Part shown: positions 47,292 through 58,081 of the stretch, in pieces
Layout of the letters: every line of letters starts with the position of its first letter
Numbering within the stretch: position 1 is the first letter of the stretch
Origin: Verrucomicrobiota bacterium
GTDB lineage: Bacteria; Verrucomicrobiota; Verrucomicrobiia; Limisphaerales; SIBE01
NCBI GenBank assembly: GCA_046346765.1
Contig: JAXMHN010000030.1
Location: 9,345-73,344, forward strand
DNA: 64,000 nt
Reading direction: 5' to 3'
Program-made: the position numbers and the translations under genes
Notes under the pieces: generated by a model
What the model saw: the letters and a program-made list of their open reading frames with translations, nothing else
What the model was told of the DNA's origin: nothing
Databases searched by the model: none

Positions 47292-49968
47292 ATGAGATCT
47301 GAAAACGAGCAAGTACGGCCCAGTGATGCGGAAGGGACGAGGACAGGCCCTTCCCGCGAGCAGGAGACGGCGCGCAACGGAGACGAGAGCCAGCGTTGGT
47401 TCGAATCCTGGAGAATGTGCTGGAACGCGCATCTTCGGCGCAAGGGCGCCGGACCGAAGGCGGCGATTTCCTCGACAAACCGTCAGCCGGTTGCGGGCGA
47501 GCGAGGTTGAAAGTTCACCCGGTCGACGCCGCTCCCGCATCCAATACGATTGGCTTCGGCCGAGCCCTCTATCCAGGCGATCGCAGGTGGGCGGCGATCA
47601 AGAACTACGTGCTGGAACGCGATGGCCATGGTCAATGGCAATCGGGTCCACAGCGGAGCTGGGCGGTCATCTCCACCTTCGCCTCCGGTGCCCACCTCTA
47701 CGAAAGTTGGCTACAATCCGCATTTCGGCGCGGCGAGCTGGATTCAAGGTGACCTCATCGGCACCAGGGCACGCCACCACCGGCAACTACGCTCCGCGCG
47801 CGTTCCTGGAGAAGAGAGCCGGCTGGACGTTCACCAGCTGGAGCATTTCCGACAGGAGCTCCGCTGGGCGGCGGTCTTTCCTCTGCACCATCCCTACCTC
47901 ATGCCGGACTTTTGGCGTTTCCCCGGTCTCGATGAGGCTGGGGCCGATCGCCATCGGAGCCCGCCGGGCGCTACTCCTCCGTTACCTCCGCTGCCGCCTT
48001 CTCCCAGGCGAACCCAAGATCTGGTGCTTTCTCGGTGATGGTGAGCAGATGAACCCACGATCTCCTGGATGCTGACATGGCGTCTCGCGAAGTCTCGACA
48101 ATCTGATTTGGGTGGTGAACTTCAACTGCAGCGCCTGGATGGACCAGTGCGCAGCATGCTGGCGATATTCAAGAACTCGGCCTTTCCGCGGGGCGAGCTG
48201 GAACGTCATCAAGGTCATTTTGGGGATCAGACCGGGACCCGCTCCCGCAGATATCGGGGAGTTTCGTCCCGCAAGCGCACGCTGGAGAAGCCGTCGACGG
48301 CGACTACCGAAAGTATTCAGTCGGAAGCCGGGCAGCTATCATTGGAGACATTTTTTTGGCAAATACCCTCGATTTCTTGAAATGGTGAATCCGTCGCCGA
48401 CGACTGGTGCGCGGAATGCGGGACAACGGCGGACACGACGCAGCCGAAATCCCGCAGCAGGCCGCCTGCAGGCGCATCAGGGACAACCCAACTGTCATTT
48501 TGGCCAAGACGATCAGGCTATGGGTTTGGGCGAAGCGGGCGAGGGGCGAATATCACCCACCGCGCGGGAAAAGCTGATGAGGAGCTGCTGGTTCGTTCCC
48601 AGTTTGGCGTCCCGATTCATGACGAGGAGATCGCCCAGACGCCCTTCTATCGGCCTCCACAAGACCTTCAGGGGCGATGCCTCCTGGAGCGGCGTCGGCA
48701 CTTTCCTGGCGGTTCCTTCCCGAACGCCGCGTCAAACCCGAACTTTGGGTAACCGAAGCAGGAGGAACTGGCTGAATTACGGGATTCAGGACGATTCCGT
48801 TTTTCGACGACGATGGCGTTTGTTTCGGCTCTTGACCATTCTCACTCCGCAATGAGAATTTGGCGGCGCATCGTGCCGATCCTTGCGGTTGAAGCGCTTT
48901 GCCGCGTTTGAATGAGCGCTGTTTCGCGAGATTGGCATCACTGTCGGAACGGCGCATGAACCGAACAGGCAATTACAGGCGCCGCTTGCTCTACCCTGCG
49001 AAATAAGACGGCCAGATTCTGGAAGAAGGGATTACGGAAGCAGGGGCGATGTCTTCGTTTATTGCCGCGGGCGTCTTGCCATTACGGGACGCAGATGGTG
49101 CCCTTTACATTTCTGTGGTGGTTTTCGGCAGGATGAGGGGACCTCGTTGGCTGGCGGAGACATCAAGGCGCGGGGGATTTCTTTTGGGAGCCTGCTACGG
49201 GCGATACCTTGAATGGCGAAGGACTGCAGCACCGGAACGGGCATACTCACGTGTGTGCTGGTAACGCCCGCCACTGATGAAGCTACGAATCCGGCGTTTG
49301 GCTATGAGATCGCCGTCATTATTGCCGACGGCCTCCATGTCATGTATCCACGACGGGGAGGACATCCGCTTTTATTACCTCCATGCACAATGAGAACTAT
49401 GCCATGCTGCTTGTGCCGGGCGTGGAAGAGGGCATTCTGGAAAGACTGCCCCGGTTCAAGCCTGGACCGCACGGAAAAAGACGCAGGCGCATCTTGCAAG
49501 CGGCCCCCATCATCAGCCAGGCGCCGCGGCACCCCGGAGATGCTGGCCAAGCAATTTGACGTCTCCGCGGACGTCTGGAGCGCCACCAGTTACAAGCTGC
49601 TCCGCAACGACAACGCTTCGGGCCCAACGCTTTGGAATCGCCTTCGCAACCGAGCCGCCATCTCGCCCATCTCCAAGTCTCCTGGCCCAAGAGCACGGCG
49701 TGTCCTGGCCGTGTCCGACTACATGATCGTTCCCGATCAAATCGCGCCGTGGGTTCCAGGCGGATTAACGACCCTGGGAACGGACGGCTTTGGCCGCAGT
49801 GACACGCGCCCGAACTTGCGCCGTTTCTTCGAAGTGGATGCGGAGATGACGGTTGTCGCCACCTTGGATGCGCTGGCGCGCAAGGGCGAGTTGGGCAAGG
49901 AGGTCGTCGCGAAGGCGATCCGAGAGTTGGGCGTCGACCCGGAAAAGGCCTCACCTCATCTCGTCTAA
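47292..49968 (+). CDS. aceE: Pyruvate dehydrogenase E1 (homodimeric type); heavily frameshifted as read
   Basis: Colinear fragments WNAMAMV, STFASGAHLYE, HPYLMPDFW.FP, WCFLGDGE, LQRLDGPVR, WNVIKV, HFFGKYP, QILEEGITEAGAMSSFIAAG, AFGYEIAVII and LGTDGFGRSDTR..LRRFFEVD. Confidence 0.9.
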
Positions 49969-50042
49969 ACGCGTGCCGAAGCGGCGCGGCGGAATTGACT
50001 GGCAGCGGCTCGCGGCTTTCTGCAACTCTAAGTTTTATATCT

Positions 50043-51332
50043 ATGGATGTTCGATTGCCAAATCTGGGTGAAGGGGTCGATTCAGGTTCGGTGGTGACGC
50101 TTTTCGTCAAAGAGGGCGACGTCATCACCAAAGGGCAGACTTTGCTCGAGTTGGAAAATGAGAAAGCGGTCGCGCCGATTCCATCTCCAGTCGAGGGCCG
50201 GGTTACATCGCTGCGGGTCAAGCCCGGGGATAAGGTTACGGTGGGCCAAGTGCTCGTTACGGTTGAAGGTGGCGGTGGCTCAGCCAGTCCGTCGCCTGCC
50301 AAGAGCGCAGAGCGGCAAGAAACGCCCCCTCCCTCCAAACCTGGGCCCGCACCCGAGCCACCGGAGCCAGCCGAGGAAATGGATGCGGAGCCTCCGTCCA
50401 CAGCGTCGCAGAAAGCGGGGTTACCGCCGCCGGCGGCGCCGTCCCTGCGGAAACTCGCCAAGGACCTGGGGATTGATCTGAGCAAGGTTCGGGGGAGCGA
50501 AGCGGGCGGCCGCATCGTCCTGCGCGACGTGCGCCAGTACATTCAGCGTTTGCAGCAGCTCGCATTTCGCGCCAAGAAGGAGGTTGGCCCCGCGGCCCCC
50601 GCCGCTGAGCCGGTCGATTTCGCGAGGTGGGGTCCTGTGTCGAGCAAGCCGCTTTCGTCTCTGCGACAAGTGATCAGTCGCCGCATGACGGAGAGTTGGA
50701 CGACGATTCCGCACGTCACCCAATTTGATGAAGCTGATCTGACGCGGATCAACCAATTGCGCCAGACCCACGCTCCGGCCTACGAAGGACAGGGGTCCCG
50801 GCTGACGGTGACGTCGTTTATCTTGAAGGCGGTCGTGGCGATGCTGCGGAAGCATCCGACCTTCAACGCCAGCTTGGATGAAGCGGGCCAGAAAGTTGTG
50901 CTCAAGGAGTACTATCATATCGGCATCGCAGTCGACACGGAGGCGGGGTTGCTCGTCCCGGTGATTCGAGATGTGGACACCAAATCCCTTCTGCAGCTTT
51001 CCAAGGAACTGCAGGACCTTGCGGACAAAGGACGCGAACGGAAGCTGGCGCTGGACGACATGAAAGGCGGCACCTTCACGCTCTCCAACCAGGGCGGCAT
51101 TGGCAGCCGCCATTTCACGCCCATCATTAACAAGCCGGAAGTGGCTATTCTCGGCATCGGCCGAGGCTACGAAACGCCGGTCGTGGTCAATGGGCAATTG
51201 GCGGCTCGTTGGAAATTGCCGCTCGCGCTTTCCTATGACCATCGGCTCATCGACGGGGCTCACGCCGCCCGGTTCATGGTCGATTTGGTCACGGCTTTGG
51301 AAAACTTTCCGGCCGAGGACGTCAAGCTGTAA
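50043..51332 (+). CDS. aceF: Dihydrolipoamide acetyltransferase E2 (one lipoyl domain)
   Basis: Lipoyl domain LENEKAV, E3-binding AAPSLRKLAKDLG and catalytic DHRLIDG motifs. Confidence 0.93.
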   Translation: MDVRLPNLGEGVDSGSVVTLFVKEGDVITKGQTLLELENEKAVAPIPSPVEGRVTSLRVKPGDKVTVGQVLVTVEGGGGSASPSPAKSAERQETPPPSKPGPAPEPPEPAEEMDAEPPSTASQKAGLPPPAAPSLRKLAKDLGIDLSKVRGSEAGGRIVLRDVRQYIQRLQQLAFRAKKEVGPAAPAAEPVDFARWGPVSSKPLSSLRQVISRRMTESWTTIPHVTQFDEADLTRINQLRQTHAPAYEGQGSRLTVTSFILKAVVAMLRKHPTFNASLDEAGQKVVLKEYYHIGIAVDTEAGLLVPVIRDVDTKSLLQLSKELQDLADKGRERKLALDDMKGGTFTLSNQGGIGSRHFTPIINKPEVAILGIGRGYETPVVVNGQLAARWKLPLALSYDHRLIDGAHAARFMVDLVTALENFPAEDVKL

Positions 51333-51348
51333 GGGTCCTTCCATACAT

Positions 51349-52774
51349 ATGTCTCCTATCCAAACTGAAATCGTCGTGCTCGGCGCGGGACCGGGAGGGT
51401 ACGCGGCCGCCTTCTACGCCGCGGACAAAGGCAAGAAAGTCATCCTGGTGGAACGCGAGAAGCGCCTGGGCGGCGTCTGTCTGAACCGGGGTTGCATTCC
51501 ATCCAAAGCCTATCTTCATGCGGCCAAGCTCATCAGTGAAGCGCGGGACTCCAGCTTTCGCGGCATTGAATTCGCCCCGCCCAAAATTGACCTCAACAAG
51601 CTGCGCACCTGGAAGGAAGGTATCCTCGACAAGCTCGGCCAAGGCATCCGCGGCCTCGCCCAGAGGCGCAACGTGGAAGTCCTGCCCGGCCGCGGTTATT
51701 TCGAAGACGCGCAAACTTTGCGCGTCGAGACCGAGGAAGGGCAACGATTCGTTCGGTTTGAACAGGCGATCGTTGCGGTCGGTTCCCGGTCGGCCATGCC
51801 GAAGGCATTCGACTTGGGCAACCCTCGCATCATGACGTCGCGGGAAGCTTTGGACATCGAAGAGATTCCTGAAGATTTGCTCGTCGTGGGCGGAGGATAT
51901 ATTGGGATGGAACTGGGCACTGTCTACGCCACCTTCGGCAGCCGGGTGGTAGTGGTCGAAGCACTTGACGGCATTCTAATGGGGGCGGACGCCGACCTGG
52001 TCAGGCCGATCAAGCGCTATGCGGAGACCCACTTCAAAGAGGTTCGCGTCAAAACCAAGGTGGCCAAAATGGCGACCAGCGGCAAGCAGATCCACGTTTC
52101 GTTCGAGGGCCCGGGCGAACAAAAAGAAGAGCTCTACGATCGCGTCCTGGTCTCGGTCGGACGTGTTCCCAACTGCGCGGATCTGGGCCTCGAAAATACG
52201 AAAGTGACGCGAGATGAGCGTGGTTTCATCAAGGTCAACTCGCGACAGCAAACGGAGGAACCAAGCATTTACGCGATTGGCGACGTGACCGGCGGCGCTC
52301 TCCTCGCTCATAAAGCCAGCAAAGAGGCGCGCGTCGCCGTTGAGGTCATCTCCGGCGAATACAGCGCTTTCGAAAATATCGTCATCCCGGCGGTCGTTTT
52401 TACCGATCCGGAACTGGCTTGGTGCGGCCTGACGGAGGCAGAAGCGAAGCAGAAGGGAATCGAGGTCGCGGTGGCCAAATTCCCCTGGTCCGCTTCCGGG
52501 CGGGCTTTGAGCTTTGACCGGACAGACGGAATGACCAAGCTGGTGATCGAACCGGAGACCGAGCGCGTCCTTGGTGTGGGCATCGTGGGGGCGGGCGCGG
52601 GTGAACTGATTGGCGAAGGCGTTCTGGCGGTTGAAATGGGGGCGACCGCCAAGGACCTGGCGGAGTCGGTCCATCCCCATCCGACCTTGTCCGAGACGAT
52701 TATGGAATGTGCCGAAGCGTTCTACGGGCATTCCACTCACGTTTCTCTGCCGCCGGCCGGCGAAGAAGGAGTGA
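51349..52774 (+). CDS. lpdA: Dihydrolipoyl dehydrogenase E3
   Basis: GAGPGGY, GGVCLNRGCIPSK, GGGYIGME and HPHPTLSE motifs. The true stop is probably TGA 52772-52774 after a 1-nt slip. Confidence 0.95.
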
Positions 52775-52855
52775 ATGCCGTTCTGTCGGCGCGGGCGGGC
52801 CTGGCCGGACCTCGCCCGGCTCGGGTTTCCTGGGCTCGATGGGCGATGGTTCGGC

Positions 52856-52884
52856 TTCACCGGCGCGGCGGAGCGGGGTATAGT
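52856..52884 (+). promoter_or_regulatory. Possible sigma70 promoter for the OsmC gene
   Basis: TTCACC-17 nt-TATAGT, 20 nt before ATG 52905. Confidence 0.35.
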
Positions 52885-52904
52885 ATCGGACCGCTGACAA
52901 ACGT

Positions 52905-53375
52905 ATGTCCCAACATAAAGCAACCATTCGGTGGACCCGGACTGGGCCCGACTTTCTCAATGGCAAGTATTCACGCGAGCACACCTGGAGCTTCGATGGT
53001 GGTGCTACTGTTCTGGCTTCCTCCTCACCGGCGGTGGTGCCTGTGCCTTACTCCAATCCTGCCCACGTCGACCCGGAGGAGGCGTTCGTGGCGTCGATCT
53101 CGAGCTGTCACATGCTCGTCTACCTTTACCTGGCCTCCCGCCAAGGCTTTCAGCTCAGCAGTTATACCGACGAAGCCGTCGGAACGATGGGCAAAAATGA
53201 ACGCGGTGTTCCGTGGGTTGCCCGGGTCACGCTCCATCCGAAGATCGAGTACGAGGGTGAGAAGCGGCCGACCGCCGCGGAAGAGGATCGATTGCATCAC
53301 CTTTCCCACGAGCAATGCTTCATTGCCAACTCGGTCAAGTCTGAGGTGGTCTTGGAGCCAATCAGGGCGCAGTAG
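52905..53375 (+). CDS. OsmC/Ohr family protein
   Basis: YSREH.W.F, DPEE.F.AS.SSCHML and CFIANSV motifs. Confidence 0.92.
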   Translation: MSQHKATIRWTRTGPDFLNGKYSREHTWSFDGGATVLASSSPAVVPVPYSNPAHVDPEEAFVASISSCHMLVYLYLASRQGFQLSSYTDEAVGTMGKNERGVPWVARVTLHPKIEYEGEKRPTAAEEDRLHHLSHEQCFIANSVKSEVVLEPIRAQ

Positions 53376-53399
53376 TTTCTGGCGTCCCATGGGCCATAC

Positions 53400-56300
53400 T
53401 TGATGCGTTGTTGGGTGCCAGTCGGCCTCATTCTGGTTGGCCTCTTCGGATCAGCGTCAAGTCTCGCTGTGGTCGAGTCACTCGGGCCGTCCAGTCGACG
53501 GACCGGCATCGTCATCACCGAGATTTTGTGCGCTCCAGTCGCGCGGCCCGATGGCCGCGACCTTAGTTTCATCGAGCTCTACAACTCGAATCCGTTCTTC
53601 GAAGACCTGAGCGGTTGGAGCATTCGAGGAGGTGTCGAATTCACCTTCCCAACGAACACCATCATGGCCGGCAATGCGTTCTTGGTGGTGGCGGGCAAGC
53701 GCTCCGACCTGGTTGCCGTCCATCACCTCACCAATGTGATCGGCAGCTTCGAAGGAAAACTCGCCCCAATCACCGATCGCATTCGCCTGCAGAAACGCTC
53801 CGGCGCGATCGTGCTGGCGTTGACCTATTCGTCTCAGTCGCCCTGGCCAACGCCCGCCGGACAGCCTGGCCGCTCTTTGGTGCTCTCTCGTCCGAGCTAT
53901 GGAGAGAACGATGGTCGCGCTTGGGATCTGAGCGCGGCCCCGGACGGCACGCCCGGGCGGCCGAACGACAACTCGGCTGAGCACGCCACTCGCCCGTTCG
54001 ACGGGGGTGAAATTGTGGCCGGGCCAGGGCCTGTCATCATCAGCGAATTGATGTACCACCCAATGCCCGAAGCGGCCGGCGGCGAGTTCATCGAGTTGTT
54101 CAATCCGGGGGCGGAGTTGGTCGATATGGCCGGATGGCGACTGGCGGGGGCGATTCAATTCTCATTTCCCACGGGCGTCGTTCTCAAGCCAAAGGGGTTC
54201 GTCGTTGTTGGCAAGGATCCGTCCCATCTGCGCGCCGTCTACCCTCACCTCAGCAGCGAGAGTTGCGTCGGTCCTTACCGCGGGTCGCTTGGGAACCAGG
54301 GCGAATTGGTCCGACTGGTTCACACCGTTGCGACGGGACCTTCTGGGGCTGCTCAGGACTCGGTATCTGACGAGGTGACCTACGAGACCGGCGGTCGTTG
54401 GGGCCAATGGGCCGATGGCGGTGGTAGTAGTCTGGAACGGGTTGAGGCGCGCGCCAATCCGAACCTGCCTTCGACCTGGGCGGACAGTGACGAAACTGCG
54501 AAAGCCGCTTGGTGCCTGATCGAAACCAGCGGCGAGCTAAGCTTTGTTCATCCCGCGGTGCCGCAGGCCGATGAGCTGCAGATCATTCTCCTGGGCGCTG
54601 GAGAGATGTTAGTGGACGACATCGAGGTGATCGCCAATGGGGCAAATCGGATCCGTAATCCCACGTTCGAGAACGGCCTTTCCGGCTGGTTTTTCCAAGG
54701 AACTCATCGATTGAGCCAACTGGAAGAGAACGAGGGGTACCAAAGCCAGCGGTGCCTTCGCCTGGTGGCAAGCGAACGCGGCGATCACGTGGCGAACCGC
54801 GTTCGGACTCCGCTGAGCCAGCGCATCCTCGTCGGCGCCAAGGCGACGATCCGCGCGAGGGTGCGCTGGCTGCGAGGCCATCCGGAGATCCTTTTCCGGC
54901 TGCGCAACGGCGGTTTGGAGGCCAGCGGCCGGGCGGTTGTGCCAGCGAACCTCGGCACACCTGGGTTGGCCAACAGTCGAGCCATCGCCAATGGTGGGCC
55001 GGGGATTTCGGGCGTGCAGCATCGTCCGGCCTTGCCGCGGGCGAATGAGCCGATCACCATTACCGCCCGGGTCGAGGATGTCGATGGGCTGCGGCATGTG
55101 TGGGTGCACTATCGATTGGATCCCTCGACGAACATCGTGACCGTGCCAATGGTCGATGATGGCACCGGTGGCGACCCGATCGTAAACGACGGCGATTTTA
55201 CCGGGATTATACCTGGCCAATCGTCCGGTCAGTTGATCGCCTTCCACATTGAAGCCACCGATGCTGCAGCCCCCGAGGCGGCGGCTCAATTCCCGACCGA
55301 TGCTCCCATTCGCGAATGTCTGGTGCGTGTCGGGGAAAGCGAAGTGCCCGGAGCTTTCGCGAGTTACCGGCTTTGGCTGACCAGGGCATCCGTCGAGTCG
55401 TGGGCGGCTCGGGCCAAGATGAGCAACGAGGACCTGGACGCGACGTTTGTCTACGGCACGAACCGGGTCTACTACAACATTGGCGCGCACTACAGTGGCA
55501 GCTCTTATAGCGCGCCCGGGTATACGTCTCCGGTCGGAGCGCTCTGTGGCTACGACTTGCGCTTTGGCAAAGACGAGCGGTTCCTGGGAGAGACCCATGT
55601 CATCCTTGACTGGCCGATTCGCGATCCGACCGACCAGCGGGAGCAGTTGATGTTTTGGTTCTTGGAGCAGTATGGATTGCCTAATCTGTATCGCCGCTAT
55701 GTGCACCTGTTTGTCAATGGGCTCCGGCGGGGGACGATCTATGACGATGTGCAGCAACCCAATGGCAACGTGATCGAACAATGGTGGCCTGCCGATGCGG
55801 AAGGCACCTTGCTCAAGACGGACGCATGGAATGAATTCGACGCCAATGGAAACCGGGTCGATCCTCTCGTCCTCAACACCCTCGAAGATTTCAGCAGCGG
55901 CGGCGTCAAGAAGGTGTCTCGCTACCGCTGGAACTGGCGGCCGCGGGCGGTTCATGGCAGTGCGAACGATTTCAGCGACCTTTTTACGTTGGTCGATGCG
56001 GTTAACAGTTCCAGCAACTACATCGCCAACGTCCAGTCTCAGGTCGAGATGGAACATTGGATGCGCACCTTCGCGATGAATGACCTCGCTTCCTACTGGG
56101 ACGGTTTTGGCAACCCGAACGCGAAGAACACCTTTCTCTACAAGCCGGAGCGCGGTCGTTGGCAGTTGCTCTGCTGGGATTTCGATGTCGGGTTGGGTGT
56201 ATTTAACGATCCACCCAACGCGGCGCTCTTCGATGTCAATGATCCCACCATCGCCCGGATTTACCGGACACCCGCCTTTGTGCGACTCTACTGGGACGCG

Positions 56301-57434
56301 CTCAGTGAAGCGATGAACTCCTGGTTTGATGCTGCCCCGGGAAGCCCGGTTGATGCCCTCCTGAACGCCAAATACGCGGCCTTGCGTGCGAACAACGTTG
56401 CGGTGACCGGGCCCTCGTCTATCAAAACGTGGATGGCCCAGCGCCGTGTTTTTCTCGGCAATCAGCTCGGTCAGATCCGAGCGTCATTCGCTGTCGACGT
56501 GCCTTCGGACGGCATAAGCGCAGACCGGGACATTCTGACGTTGACTGGCAGCGGCCCGGTTGCCATGCGCACACTATTCGTCAACGGGACAGAGCGCTCT
56601 CTCCGATGGACGTCAATCACCAATTGGTCAGTCGACATCCCCCTTCACGCTGGTGTGAACGAACTTAGCCTGCGGGCCTACGACAGGTCCGGAGCTCGGC
56701 TCCCGGGAGGAGAGGGTTCCGTTCGGGTTCGCTTCGGCGGCGATCCTTTGCTGCCCCCGCCGATCAAAATCAATGAGTGGATGGCGGCAAACGATTCGGC
56801 GATCAAGGGTCCCTTGGACGAAGCGTTTCCGGACTGGTTGGAGCTGTTCAATCCCACCGAAGCACCAGTTGATCTGGACGGTTGGACCTTGACGGACGAT
56901 GTTCATGAACCTCAGAAGTATCGCCTGCCTGTCGGAACTCGCCTTGCGGCTCACGGCTACTTGGTGGTGTGGGCGGATGAGCGAGCGGATAGTACTCCTC
57001 CTGGGTCGGAGTTGCACGCTAACTTCAAACTCAATCAGCAGGGCGACACGATTGTTCTCTTCGACAACGCGACTCGATTAGTCGACCAGGTTCAATTCGC
57101 GTTTCAGCCAGCGAATAGCTCGAGCGGGCGCTATCCGGACGGGGCCTCACTGCCAGCAGCTTTCTCTTGCAGGACTTTACTCCCGGCGCTCCCAACGCTG
57201 CGCCGCTCGGAGTGCCCTGATTTTCTGAGATTGACCTGGCAGAGCGTGAAGGATGGGAACTTAGAGATCCGATGGACTGGGCCGGCGCAGGCCGCTTCCG
57301 GGTGTCGTCGTCGGCCATGGAGGGGTGGGTCGAGACTGGGATCGCTGTCTTCGTCGGGGAGGACAACCATTTCTCGATTCGAATCGCGCTCGCTGGTGCG
57401 GCACAATTCTACCGGGTCGTGCTGGAGTAAGTGA
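53400..57434 (+). CDS. Secreted lamin-tail-domain plus CotH-kinase protein; extreme C-terminus frameshifted
   Basis: Three LTDs (VITEI..FIELYN, IISELMYHP..EFIELFN, INEWMAAN..DWLELFN); CotH core (V.LFVNG...Y.DVQQ, N..LY...W....WDFD); CBM-like and Ig-like segments. Confidence 0.88.
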   Translation: MMRCWVPVGLILVGLFGSASSLAVVESLGPSSRRTGIVITEILCAPVARPDGRDLSFIELYNSNPFFEDLSGWSIRGGVEFTFPTNTIMAGNAFLVVAGKRSDLVAVHHLTNVIGSFEGKLAPITDRIRLQKRSGAIVLALTYSSQSPWPTPAGQPGRSLVLSRPSYGENDGRAWDLSAAPDGTPGRPNDNSAEHATRPFDGGEIVAGPGPVIISELMYHPMPEAAGGEFIELFNPGAELVDMAGWRLAGAIQFSFPTGVVLKPKGFVVVGKDPSHLRAVYPHLSSESCVGPYRGSLGNQGELVRLVHTVATGPSGAAQDSVSDEVTYETGGRWGQWADGGGSSLERVEARANPNLPSTWADSDETAKAAWCLIETSGELSFVHPAVPQADELQIILLGAGEMLVDDIEVIANGANRIRNPTFENGLSGWFFQGTHRLSQLEENEGYQSQRCLRLVASERGDHVANRVRTPLSQRILVGAKATIRARVRWLRGHPEILFRLRNGGLEASGRAVVPANLGTPGLANSRAIANGGPGISGVQHRPALPRANEPITITARVEDVDGLRHVWVHYRLDPSTNIVTVPMVDDGTGGDPIVNDGDFTGIIPGQSSGQLIAFHIEATDAAAPEAAAQFPTDAPIRECLVRVGESEVPGAFASYRLWLTRASVESWAARAKMSNEDLDATFVYGTNRVYYNIGAHYSGSSYSAPGYTSPVGALCGYDLRFGKDERFLGETHVILDWPIRDPTDQREQLMFWFLEQYGLPNLYRRYVHLFVNGLRRGTIYDDVQQPNGNVIEQWWPADAEGTLLKTDAWNEFDANGNRVDPLVLNTLEDFSSGGVKKVSRYRWNWRPRAVHGSANDFSDLFTLVDAVNSSSNYIANVQSQVEMEHWMRTFAMNDLASYWDGFGNPNAKNTFLYKPERGRWQLLCWDFDVGLGVFNDPPNAALFDVNDPTIARIYRTPAFVRLYWDALSEAMNSWFDAAPGSPVDALLNAKYAALRANNVAVTGPSSIKTWMAQRRVFLGNQLGQIRASFAVDVPSDGISADRDILTLTGSGPVAMRTLFVNGTERSLRWTSITNWSVDIPLHAGVNELSLRAYDRSGARLPGGEGSVRVRFGGDPLLPPPIKINEWMAANDSAIKGPLDEAFPDWLELFNPTEAPVDLDGWTLTDDVHEPQKYRLPVGTRLAAHGYLVVWADERADSTPPGSELHANFKLNQQGDTIVLFDNATRLVDQVQFAFQPANSSSGRYPDGASLPAAFSCRTLLPALPTLRRSECPDFLRLTWQSVKDGNLEIRWTGPAQAASGCRRRPWRGGSRLGSLSSSGRTTISRFESRSLVRHNSTGSCWSK

Positions 57435-57487
57435 GAAGACCGTGGCCGTATTGCCACGGTCTTCTCCCCATAACCAGAGTGTTTTGT

Positions 57488-57804
57488 TTATTGCGGGCGA
57501 GCGGCGTCTTTGTGCGCGTCAGCTTCTTTCTTAGCGGCGTCAGCGGCGGCCTCGGAAACCTTCTTCTTGTCGGCGTCGATCTGAGCTTTATCTTTCGACG
57601 TTTCCTGCGCGTCGATCGGGCTTTGGCAGCCGCCCTGGTAGCGTCGACTTGATCGCGGGCGGCGTCGGCCGAGTCATCGGCCGCTTTCTTCTCAGCCTTG
57701 GCCGGTCCTGGCGGACATCCTTGTCATTCGATGGCATCTCGCTCCGGAGTTGTGCAGCCCACGAGTGCGACGGCAGCGAGCATTGTGACTAGGATATTTT
57801 TCAT
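57488..57804 (-). CDS. Small Ala/Lys/Asp-rich coiled-coil lipoprotein; frameshifted as read
   Basis: MKNILVTMLAAVALVG-C lipobox, followed by KKAADDSADAARDQVDA and ADKKKVSEAAADAAKKEADAHKDAARPQ* fragments. Confidence 0.65.
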
Positions 57805-57972
57805 GGGCACAACACCTGCTGAGGAGCCCGCGCGCAGTTTCCAATCGCGGCCGGAGCCTGACTTTTCCTCGGGGCGGCGTAACTGAATGGACGCTTGGTT
57901 TACCGCCGGCATGGTGTGGCCGTGCTCGCAGGACGCTGCCCATGGCCGCCCCCGGCTCTGGGCACGGCGGAG

Positions 57973-58002
57973 TTGACGCGAGGCGACACCTTGCGGTATA
58001 CT
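57973..58002 (+). promoter_or_regulatory. Putative sigma70 promoter of the giant surface-protein gene
   Basis: TTGACG-18 nt-TATACT; AGGAGG ribosome-binding site at 58071-58076 before ATG 58082. Confidence 0.55.
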
Positions 58003-58081
58003 GCCGCTGGAGTCGGCGACGGTCCACAGCTGCGCCTTCCCACGACCTGCGGGAAAGCGGCGGTTGGAATAGGAGGTTCTG

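Noticed and set aside
51100..53403. 767-aa LpdA fusion in the ORF track
   Set aside because: Similarity ends after HPHPTLSE...H. The extension overlaps the intact OsmC gene in another frame and results from a 1-nt slip near 52750.
58010..58075. c-di-GMP riboswitch in the leader of the giant surface gene
   Set aside because: A hairpin (TTCCC/GGGAA core) is present, but the conserved c-di-GMP-I and -II sequence elements are not recognisable.
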